Positions 40,001-51,030 of a stretch of DNA of 64,000 bases are shown piece after piece (position 1 is the first letter of the stretch; every line of letters begins with the position of its first letter). Origin of the DNA: Octopus sinensis (lineage: Eukaryota); the NCBI RefSeq assembly GCF_006345805.1, contig NC_042997.1:122388001-122452000 (forward strand). Reading direction: 5' to 3'. The notes under the pieces are model-generated. The model was not told the DNA's origin and made no database searches. It saw only the letters and a program-made list of their open reading frames with translations. A program made the translations under genes and the position numbers.

Positions 40001-40689
40001 AGAATATTTAGAACATTTGAACAAAAACATTCCACTGTTTATTTCTGCGTACTATGATTAAATATCGCTGAGATTACCATTCATCGATCGGAGTTCACTT
40101 AAAAGAAGAACCGCAGAGACAGTGGTGTCAATATAATCGACAATGCCTTTACCCACAATTTCAAATATAGTTTCAATATAAGATATCATCAACGTGATCT
40201 TTATTTTATATTCAGCTATTTTATACGTGTTTTTATTTCGCCGCCTAATATATCACAAAATTTCTGAGAAATATACATTTTTTTTGCGAATATGTAAGTA
40301 CATTTGTAGAATATATTCATTTTACGTTGTTACAGGGTGGTTTTGTTATTTCTGATTATATTTTAGTGTTACAAGTTATCTAGTGTATACGTCATATAAA
40401 CTCTGTTAATGCATAGAGTCGTATTTCTGTTTCGTATATTGTGTGATTAGTGTTATGTGTTTTAGCTGTGCACTTTAATTGAAGAGAATATTCACTAAGT
40501 TAGATTGCTCACAATATTTGTGTAGAAAGTGAATTTTGTAATTTCTTCGATTTTTACAGTGTTGGATATCGATTATATAGAAGCATATGTTACATTATTT
40601 CACCGAGTGTTAATTGTTTAGAATAAGTTATACTGTGGTATAGTATTTGATGGAGAATGCTCTGCGTCATTCTCTTTTATTTGGTGTAA

Positions 40690-41100
40690 CTTTATTGCAT
40701 TATAATAACTTTTCATTCTTTACAGAGTGTCTATTATATGAGATGTTCAACAGATTGAAAGGTGTCTTGCCTCGGATATGTTCTGTGATTCGGCTGGCTA
40801 ATTTTTGGAATGTGCAATTTAACTTCATAGTTTAAATCATACCTAATGTTTCAGTATTGTCAGTTTTTATTTTATTGCAGCATACCTCTTATTTCAAATT
40901 ACAAGATCCTGGTAACATCTCAGTTTCTTTGTCATTTCGGGGGCAATGTTACACAAGAAAATGTCTGATTACGGTAATTTTTTTTCAATCTTTATTCATT
41001 GCATCTGTACGGTGTGTCTTCATCTTGTCGTATGATACAGGTATATCGCACATATTTCCCTAATCTGATATGGAGCAGGGGTTTCCCGTAACAGAAATAT
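40690..41100 (-). mobile_element. Second decayed R4/Dong-like RLE domain fragment
   Basis: Minus-strand CDIPVSYDKMKTHRTDAMNKD (cf. WD.P..TD..I.ANRPDI..KD) and KKLRCYQDLVI*..R...LGMI (cf. EKL.KYKDL.IEI.R.W...LGMI). Confidence 0.6.
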
Positions 41101-41567
41101 TTTGGTCAAGTTTATTTCGTAGATTTCACACTTCGCATTCATTTATTTCGTATATTTCACACTGCATAATCCTATTACATACAATTTGTGCACTCTTAGT
41201 TAAACTACATTACATCCTAATTTCAGGTTCTAAATTATATAATGAAAATCTCATTCTGATACAAGAAATGCATTTAATTATAATATTGCTCTTGCAATAT
41301 AGTTCCTCTCCTTTAGAGCTAAACATATAGTTTTTGCTTATGAGTAATATTGACAATTAAGAGTAGCAGCAAAATGGGAATAACGCAGAACAATTCGATT
41401 TATAATACATCTAATTTTGTATTGCTGGCCTTATGATAGCCATAGATATTTGCAACAAACTCGGTTAGTTACTATCAGGTACAACACGAACAATAAACGT
41501 CAGTATTACTTCCATAGACATAGCGAAATTTTATCATGTGTATATCAATAAAACACACACACATATG

Positions 41568-41607
<40 letters not shown>

Positions 41608-42340
41608 TCTGATAAGATGAACTGAAATCTATAAGCATCTAGCTCTGAAACTCTGTAAAGGTTAATCAAGCTGATGAGAAAATGAGGTGAGACGAATGTA
41701 TAAAGTGTTATGACTAGCCTTCATAATATAGTTTGTTAAATATTACACTGTATATAGACGGGCTGCATAATCAATACTGTATCTGCCGGGTGATAAAAAC
41801 TTATTTATAATTTATCAGCCGAATCAAGTTTTGTGATAATACTAAAGAATCATCGTTAAATGTTAATATTAATCTCAGTTCTGTATTGCATAAGCAAATA
41901 AACGTGTTTGATGTTAATGCTGATGGAAATCAACTTCTACATCTGATTTGGCCTTGCTTGCACCACGGATGCCTAATCAATTTCATGTCTAGACGAATGT
42001 GAGAATAAATATATATGTAAATATACGCATACATGAGGACACACATGCATATATAAATGTGGGTTTCGTGCGTATATGTACATGCTTGCTAAATACTACT
42101 ACTTTTCATCTTATATACTTAAGCTTAAGTATTGATATAATCAGCTACGATTGTATCTTTCGTTTTATTAGCTTAATGCAGAAGAAAGCATGTTTCAAAG
42201 CAGTAGGGAATACCAGTTAAGTGCTTGAAAATCTGTAGACTGTGATAGTCCATGCCTCACTGGGTTCAATTCAATATAAGCTATCGTTCTTTCAAGTCAA
42301 AGCATACCCGTATATAAATACATGTATCTATTTATATACG

Positions 42341-42552
42341 AATATACTGGTTTCAAATTTTAGCACAAGGCCAGCAATTTCGGGGTGGTGTGTAAGTCGA
42401 TTTCCCCGACCCCTTTATTCTACTGGTGCTTATTTCGTCGACTCCGATACGATGAGAGGGTAAGTTGACGGCAGCAGAATTAGAACTCAGTGTTAAGACG
42501 GACGAAAGACCGCTGATCATTTTTCCTGGCGTGCTAATATTTCTGCCAGCCT
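42341..42552 (-). mobile_element. SINE family B, tail type 2, diverged
   Basis: Reverse complement: gctggcagaaatattagcacgccagg...ctgagttctaattctgc...gagtcgacgaaataagcaccagt...gccttgtgctaaaatttgaaacc. Confidence 0.75.
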
Positions 42553-42627
42553 TTATATATACTAATACGTTGAGATTTATTTACGTTTGTTTCTATATAC
42601 ACGAACAGACACAAACGAGTATATATA

Positions 42628-42790
42628 TTAATATATAGGGAGAGTTTACGAAAAAAAGAACAAAAGACGAAAACAGGTGGTGTACAAAACAAACAGATGT
42701 ATCAGTATAACGCTCAGGAATAGAAAAAAGTCTTTTACGTTTCGAGCCTACGCTCTTCTACAGAAAGACACACAGAAAAAACAAGGAGAG
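42628..42790 (-). mobile_element. Penelope pLTR-like solo fragment
   Basis: Minus strand: ttttttctgtgtgtctttctgtagaagagcgtaggctcgaaacgtaaaagac..., the same layout as the 4926-4956 motif. Family recognised from memory. Confidence 0.4.
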
Positions 42791-43276
42791 AACACTTATA
42801 GGGAACACTTATGCATTACAAAGAATATCAATTGTAGCCTCGGTTTCATTCTTGGTTGCAAGCTTAACACATATCTGAGTGCGAGTGTATGTGAGAGCTC
42901 GTTAGAAATATTTTTGTAGCTTATTTGTTCATACATGACAAACGTTCGAATTCTCAATTTCTAATTTCCTTGTCATATTAATATGTCAGCGTCGATGAAG
43001 TAAGCTACTATGCATTTACCAGACTTCCATAATTTCCCGTAAATCTCACGAGTGATGGTCAATTGCATTGTTATGGTCATTTTATGAAAGGAATAAAGGA
43101 AGCTGAAAGAAATGGTCTTCAATACGCATTGGAACTATTAGGTAGCAAAACAATTTACCTGAATTAAGTACTAGACTTCTAGATAAACAATAGTCGGGTG
43201 AATGGCCGGGCTTACTAGTCTAGACCAGCTGACCAGGCCTTGCTATTGATGCTGCTGCTTTGACAATTAGAAGTCC

Positions 43277-43290
43277 GTTTCCATAGCAAC
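43277..43290 (+). promoter_or_regulatory. Candidate RFX X-box
   Basis: gtttccatagcaac matches GTTNCCATRGNAAC. Confidence 0.35.
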
Positions 43291-44894
43291 ATTCTATCAA
43301 AGTGTGTAATGAGCGAACTCACTAAGAAAATAGCCTCTACGAATACATAGTAATAGCAGCGAGTGTCCCTCAAAAGTTATCCTTGCATTATAGATTTGCT
43401 TGATATTGGGTAAATTGAGGTTACACAAGCAGCACAATACTCTAACCACTGTAAAATTGATGTAATGTTTGTTCGCGATTCTGATCGTATTATCCCTGGA
43501 ACTTGATTCATTATGGAAGTTATTGCAATACAACCATACTTGCAATTCCCTTATCACTTCTGTATACGTTGAAGATAAATGAATAGAAAGATACCAATAA
43601 CACGGAATTAATAGAAGTTCAAATTATACTGTTTACTTTGTCATTTTTTTATGTTCGTTCAACTAAATGGAATATGGATTGCTATACATTAAATAGAATC
43701 TTAGCAGACTAGCTTGATTAAGTTCACGTTGGTTAACTGTTGATGTAGATGGAGTTTTCTACCATCAAAGTTAATGCATTAACTAACAACACCGTTATGT
43801 TACAGAGGCATTATTTGTTAGTGCCAAAGAATTCCACTTGATTGAATCAACATTTATAGAATTGATTGGACATGAAAGACACAATCTCACCTTCAGGCTC
43901 CATATCGCCACAAAATTAGCACAGATTACAAGCTAGTAATATAGCCTGGTCTTTAAGGATGGGGTAGCGAGAAGGAGAAGTAATAGAGAAAATAAGATCT
44001 AAAATAAAATGCCCAATAAGTTTAAATTGGCAAGATGTAACACACTACCAGTGTATTGGTAGTATATGATCTATGGACATCAATAAATGATCTGATGAAA
44101 TGTATGGCATCGATATTCTTAATGTACTGCCGGCTTGTTATTATCTATTATACCAGAGAAACCATCTTGTCTATAATTATCATATAACTTAATGTTGCCT
44201 TGATTTTAAATACTTAGTAATGGTACCGACCATTCATAGCGACGGAAGTCCGTCTCTTTTAAATGAAAATATAAACTAGAATAGAATGAATTAAAATGAA
44301 ATAGATACAAATGTAAAATTAAATGAAAAAAAAAAGAGAAATCTGAATACAATTTACTTGTTTTCTATTCAAAGGTGGTGGAAGAAAAATAGTCAGTAAA
44401 CAGCAATTTCGTACATGAAATTTCTCTTTTATGATATAGCAGCGTCATGTAGCTTTCTCTCATTCTACTTATATCTCACTAAATGTAAATACATCAACAC
44501 ACATACCCACGTACCTGCAAACATATCACAAAACGACTAACACAAATATTCTGATTTTTAACTGTGCGTCTATACTTGCAAGCAAATATGACTTAGTAAA
44601 ATGTCTCATGTTTTCGCTAATTGTTTATAGATGGGTAATAGTCGGAGGCATGAAAACCCTCTCGGCAACCCCGCTATCCGCTTACTCGCAGTCAAGGACA
44701 TGACAGCTGAATGAAGTAATGTTCAGTCCAACACCATAAACACTCAGCACACAAACCTATGCACATATTTTTGGTGACAGTCTAAGTCCTATATGTGAAG
44801 CTAAGTGAAACTGCTTATAAACGTATATGTAACTTCTATCAAATGTACAGTGTGCTACTTACTTTCGATTTTCCACTCATGTATGGCTGTATAC

Positions 44895-45044
44895 CTTTAT
44901 ATAAGGTCACACACACACATGCATACGTACATGCATATGTGCATACACATGCACACTGATGCACACCATATATAAATGCATGTATGATTACATGCATATG
45001 CATATATACATGCGCATATATATATATATATACATATACACACC

Positions 45045-45088
<44 letters not shown>

Positions 45089-45178
45089 TATATACATACA
45101 CATGTAAACATGCATATACACGCATATACATATATATGTACACATGTAGACACACACGCGCACACATATACATAAATA
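44895..45178. repeat. TA/CA-rich low-complexity tract
   Basis: Direct reading. Confidence 0.9.
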
Positions 45179-45254
45179 AGTGATACAGGGGTGCTTATTC
45201 GCAATTTTACAACTCCCTTGTCACTTTAGTGACATCTCTCTCTCTTTCTCTGTG

Positions 45255-45293
<39 letters not shown>

Positions 45294-45409
45294 ATATGTA
45301 TATGCATATACACAATCCACTACCACCACGCACATATTCATATGCGGAGTGCTTTACTGTGTATATACGTCTGTATTTTCTGCAGACAGTGCATACGAAT
45401 GACTATATT

Positions 45410-45510
45410 GGTTTAAATTTGGCATAAGGCCAGTTATTTTCATGGGAGAGGTAAACCGAGGAAATATTTTATCGAGTCTGAAAGGACGATTGACAAATTC
45501 TGCCAGTTCA
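45410..45510 (-). mobile_element. Collapsed SINE family B fragment
   Basis: ggtttaaatttggcataaggccag (tail type 2 as at 42350), followed by tttatcgagtctgaaagga and ttctgccag. Confidence 0.4.
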
Positions 45511-45540
45511 ACGCCTTATCATAAATGATTATTTTATCTT

Positions 45541-45856
45541 CTTTCATTTTTTATTTGTTGCAGTCATTAAGCTGCAATCATGCTGGGGCACTGTCTGGAA
45601 TAATTTTTAGTCGAATGAAACGACCCCAGCGTCTTCTTTTGGCCTGTTACTTATTCTATCGAATCACTTGCCGAACCGCTAGCTTACAGCGGGACACCAA
45701 CACCAGTTGTCAAGACAAACATACACAGTTTCCATCTACGAAATCCACCCTAAAAGCTTTGGTCACCCCGAACGCACTCATGCTCAAGGTGCCACGCAGT
45801 GGAACTGAACCCGGGACCATGTCGTTGAGAAGCAATGTTCTTACACTGCCACGCCT
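45541..45856 (-). mobile_element. SINE family A, old diverged copy lacking the internal microsatellite
   Basis: cagtcattaagctgcaatcatgctggggcac...gccgaaccgctag...aaggtgccacgcagtggaactgaacccggg. Confidence 0.75.
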
Positions 45857-46051
45857 GGAATATAATTACTTTGCAAAACAAATTTGTGTTACAAGATTGT
45901 AGAATTTGGCAACTTCTTGTTACCTGTCAGCAAACATGCTTTATTGATAAATACATGTATAATATGGTATCATATGCGCTTCTCCGCCGATAATATTGAC
46001 CAGAGATCCAAATGATTAAGACCGCTTACGATATCTTGTTTAACATGCATA

Positions 46052-46518
46052 TACTCTTTTACTTGTTTCAGTCATATGACTGTGGCCATGGTAGAGCACC
46101 GCCTTTAGTCGAGAAAATCGCCCCAGGACTTATTCTTTGTAAGCCTAGTACTTATTCTAGCGACATCTTTTACCGAACCGCTAAGTTACGGGGACGTAAA
46201 CACACCAGCATCGGTTGTCCAGCGATGTTGGAGGGGTGACAAACACAGACACACAAACACATAGACGCGCGCACACACACGCGCATACACACACACATAT
46301 ATATATATATACACGCACACACACATATATACACACACTTACACACACACAGATATACGACGGGCTTCTTTCAGCTTCCGTTTACCAAATCTACTCAAGG
46401 CTTTGGTCGTCCCGAGGCAATAGTAGAAGACCCTTGCCCAAGGTGCCACGCAGTGGGACTGAACCCGGAATTATGTGGTTGGTGAGCAAGCTACTTATCA
46501 CACAGCCACTCCTACGCC
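46052..46518 (-). mobile_element. SINE family A, full length
   Basis: tactcttttacttgtttcagtcatatgac ... cacagccactcctacgcc. Confidence 0.92.
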
Positions 46519-46754
46519 TATATATGTCAATATATATATATATATATTGTGAATATAAATATTCATATACGCCCACACTGACTAACATATATACATATTT
46601 AAAATGCTATTTTTAATAGGAGCTGATAAATAAAAAATGTTCTATCTGAGCGATTATCGAAACAAGAATCTTGGAGAAGTGATTACGTGAATCATCCACT
46701 TCGAACTATAGAATAAAGAAACTATACTTCACGAATTAGTTTGTGTATACTTCG

Positions 46755-47078
46755 GTGTTTATCTCAATATACTAATGGTGAATATATTTACTAATGGTAA
46801 ATATATATTACAATATACTAATGCTAAATATGCTTACAGATCACAGACGTTACTGATGGTGGCTGTATTTGACTACACATCATTTGAGCTGAATCTGCTT
46901 TGAGCTCATGTTGGACATGAAACGCTGTTAATTAAGAAATGCAATAAAAATTGAACAATCAGAATGTCTTCCTGTCCAAGCTGTAAGTCACCATCGTCCA
47001 AATCTGTGCGAGTTGTAATGGATATTGTACCTATGGTTTGAGGAAGATTAATGACACGTGATTTTCATTCTGTTTCAG
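46755..47078. repeat. Direct duplication D1, copy a
   Basis: Collinear with 47763-48050; shared core gtatttgactacacatcatttgagctgaatc. Confidence 0.92.
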
Positions 47079-47762
47079 TAGCTTATGAGGGGAATGAAAG
47101 GAAGCGGGGGGGGGGTTAGAGTATCTTTAAGGATTTTGCATCTATCTATTTGGTAATGAAGATGGATTACTTGCTGTTACGAACAAGGCATAATCAGTAC
47201 TGTTTTTCAGTTGAACAGCATTAAAAATTGAACCGCCATTCTGTGGTCGTTCATTTTGTTTTTCTTTTGTATGTGTATATACTTACAGATTTTTAATGAA
47301 ATGCAAAATATCAATACTACTTCATCCAAACCAAAGAGGATCAATTACAAACTACTTAAATATAAAAAAGTACTCACGAACAAAACAAATAAGCTTTTTT
47401 CTCACACATATTCGCTATTTCCTTACCTCTGTCTTACTTTCTCATTCTCTATCCCCCCCTCTCCCTTTCTCACTGTAAATATACAGTCCTAAGTTCTGGA
47501 AGCGGACTGGTCTCAACAACCATGCACTCAAGTATTCTTAATACGCTCATCTTTCCTCATATCACCAGTTATATCTTGTCCCTCCTATACGCAATGATCG
47601 AGCCTTTACTCATAGGAAATCCACTGCACAAATTCGGCTCTCTGGGATGCTCGTGTTGCGTTTGTTTTCTCTACAAGCAAAGGGCTTTCTATCGTTTAAG
47701 ACAAACCTAAACTGAATGAATCACCGCAAAATTGCGAACGGATCTTTCCACACAACGCCTTT

Positions 47763-48050
47763 GTGTTTATGTCAATATACTAATGGTGATGTAAATATTT
47801 TTTCAGAGCACATAGGTTACTGATGGTGGGTGTATTTGACTACACATCATTTGAGCTGAATCCGTTGTGAGCTCATGTTGGGTATAAAACGCTATTAATT
47901 AAGAAATGCAATAAAAAAATGAAAAATTAGAATGTCCTCTTGTTCAAACTGGAAGACACCACTGTCTAAATCTGTGCGAATGAGTTGTAATGGATATTGT
48001 ATTTATGGTTTGTGGAAGATTAATGATACGTGATTTTCATTCTGTTTCAG
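47763..48050. repeat. Direct duplication D1, copy b
   Basis: Collinear with 46755-47078; both end gattttcattctgtttcag. Confidence 0.92.
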
Positions 48051-48346
48051 GAGCTGGCTAGAGAGATCTATATATATGAATGTGTTGACATGATTGTCAA
48101 AGTAAGTAGTATTCTGAATGCAAGTTTGTTCAACTCAAAATTTGTGAGAAAACATATGGTTATTCCTGGATATTTAGCATATATTGAGTATATACAAACA
48201 CGCAGAAATAGATGCATATCTAGTATCTAACATTCAATAATATGAACAGACGAATAAACATAAATATATTGACGTAGACATCCTACTTCAAATATATATG
48301 CAGATATAAATACTGTATTAAAGTTTTTATATTTTACAGATGCCAG

Positions 48347-48392
48347 AGAAGTGTCATGCTACGTTCCACCCTGAACGTAGCATGACATTTCT
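48347..48392. repeat. 20-bp inverted repeat, 6-nt loop
   Basis: agaagtgtcatgctacgttc-caccct-gaacgtagcatgacatttct (19/20). Confidence 0.9.
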
Positions 48393-48443
48393 TACATATA
48401 AATTAATACTTAAATATACAGGGTCGTATGTGTGTGCGTTATG

Positions 48444-48489
<46 letters not shown>

Positions 48490-48580
48490 CGAACCAGAAA
48501 AGTTGCACATGCAGAGTATAATAAATTTATTTCTTCTAATGCTAAATATTTCTACATATATGGTTTATATCGATGTAATA

Positions 48581-48740
48581 CTTGGTTCGACTGAAGTATT
48601 TCAGAAACTCCCAGAATTTGTGAAATTGTGACAATATTAATCTCTCACTATGATGCTGACACTACACAGAGTATTGTGATCATCGTGGGGTACTGCCATA
48701 AAAGAAATGCTGGTGAGATATCTCTTTGGCTGTTTAACCT
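48581..48740. repeat. Direct duplication D2, copy a
   Basis: Collinear with 50871-51030; 46-nt core has 2 mismatches. Confidence 0.88.
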
Positions 48741-49032
48741 TACGTGCGCGAGCGCGTGTATGTGCGTTCATGCGTTTGTGAATGTGCGCGCATGTATGTG
48801 AAAATGTGCGTGTACTTCAGCGATGTGCTGTATCGAAAAGAATATGCAAATCCTGTGTGAGTTTTGTCTTCTCGTGTGATTTTATTTATGTGTAGCACTG
48901 CCTGTCATCCAACTAGAAAGTCAGCTGATTTCTCTACTGTAATTACAGAAGCGGTAGTAACCTTTATCTGTCCTCTTTCCCATTACAACTCATGTGCAAA
49001 TACGTATGATTTCCATTCTTTTACGCTTCCTT

Positions 49033-49034
<2 letters not shown>

Positions 49035-49092
<58 letters not shown>
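49035..49092. repeat. (TC)n microsatellite
   Basis: Direct reading. Confidence 0.95.
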
Positions 49093-49117
<25 letters not shown>

Positions 49118-49320
49118 CTGAGACACGTCCACTCAATGTATAGCTTCTTAACTATTTTGTAGTAAAGAAGGCAGCATTTAGTTATATAACACATAGTGCA
49201 AAGTTTACAATTGCAAATAAAAATCTGTATACAAACATATTCCCTACATATTTGCAAAAGTAAATTTACACGCAAAAGCGTATTATATGCATACATAACT
49301 GGTATATATGTATATGTTCA

Positions 49321-49321
49321 A

Positions 49322-49362
<41 letters not shown>

Positions 49363-49490
49363 AAGAGAGAGAGAGTTAGAGACAGAGAGAGAAATAAAGA
49401 GAGATAGAGATAGAGAGAGAGAGAGAGAGAGAGAGTTAGAGACAGAGATAGAGAAAGAAATAAAGAGAGAGAGAGAGAGAGAGAGAGAGA
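49321..49490. repeat. (GA)n-rich tract
   Basis: Direct reading. Confidence 0.95.
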
Positions 49491-50169
49491 TGTTTTAAGG
49501 ACACATAAACATATGCATGCGTATATGTATACAAACACATATCCTAACGCATATTACCACAGAAGCAATAGCGGCACATGTTCTTTAGTATTTTGAATAA
49601 TTGTGCGCGTGCATGCTTGTGTATGTGTACTATATCAAAGACACAACAGTGTTCTTATTTCATGTTGTAAATGAAAGATCTCTCATCCTTTCATATTAGT
49701 CCTTTTTGTATAGATTATAAGCATAAATTTCTCAAGTAGCGAACACTTCAAGAGTTCCTTCACCTCATCTTCTGAATGTAGTGATGTGTATAATGCTTCC
49801 ATTTTGCGTTCGGATTTTTTTTTTTTCGTTCTTGCACTAGACACTAAGAAAGCATAAAATTTACTTGTAAGATAAATTTCTTTGCTTAAGTTTTCTTTTT
49901 TACCTAATATCTTAGTATATTCTGCATGCCTTCTTTACCTGTGCTGATGTTTGATGTGCGTTTTCAAGCCAAACGCGTCTATAATACATTCAATGATACT
50001 GAAGTTCTTAGAATGTTAACAGATATATTTTTCCAACTGAAAATATAACATTTAGAACACACACATGGACATAAGGTTTATACATACTTGGATGTATATA
50101 TTTGTACATACACATATATACTCTATGTGTGTCTATATATGTGTGCAGAGAAACAGGGAATGAGTGGAG

Positions 50170-50221
<52 letters not shown>

Positions 50222-50870
50222 ATATATATATATATATATATAACCATTTATATATGGCAAAGTGTAGGTGGTTTCAAAAAGACTGAAGTCCTCCATTGAA
50301 TACCTTCCAGTATATAGATTTGTTCAAAATATTTGTATTTTGATATCTCTTATAAGTTTTACATGCTCAATATAGCACCTTATTTACAAAGTATTTAATC
50401 ACCCACACATATTTGAAAGTCAGTAGATATTTGTCAGAGTAGAATCGAAATACTGATGTTATATACTTAACAGAATGTATGTAAGAATATTAAGTAACTG
50501 TATCATACAAAGAGAAGCAAAGAAGCCATAGAAGAAGGAAATACACTTAGTTATAATGTTAACATAACGAATATTCATAGAATAAGAAAAATTTCTTGTT
50601 TAAATGTGATACTAAATCACATCGCCTACGTGTGGCAAAATATATAAAGTTTTATACTTAGCAAAATTTAATCTAATGTATTGAATTTATGGTATGTAAG
50701 AATTACAAGAAGCAGAGAAGATTCAGACGAAGTATTTCATAGTATATGTTAAAGCCTGTCTTATTTAATTTATCAAATTCAATACAATTAATTTCTCAAT
50801 CCCATAACTACTCAGTTCAATTTCAACTCTCATTATTTCTCGGGTCTATATGTTATGTAATATGAATGTA

Positions 50871-51030
50871 CTGGGTTCGAATGAACAAGTTCAGACACTT
50901 TCTGAAGTTATGAAACTGTGACCGTATTCAACTCTCACTATTCAATTGACACGACACAGTGTATTGTGACCATCGTGGGGTACTGCTATAAAAGAAATGC
51001 TGGTGAAGTGTCTCTTTGGCTGCTTAAACT
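50871..51030. repeat. Direct duplication D2, copy b
   Basis: gtattgtgaccatcgtggggtactgctataaaagaaatgctggtga, offset 2290 from copy a. Confidence 0.88.

Noticed and set aside
43769-43784. Perfect 16-bp palindrome agttaatgcattaact (contains TAATnnATTA)
   Set aside because: About two such palindromes are expected per window at this base composition.
46850-46900. Box C/D snoRNA reading of the D1 duplication
   Set aside because: The C-like and D-like boxes are imperfect, too close together, or not shared by both copies.
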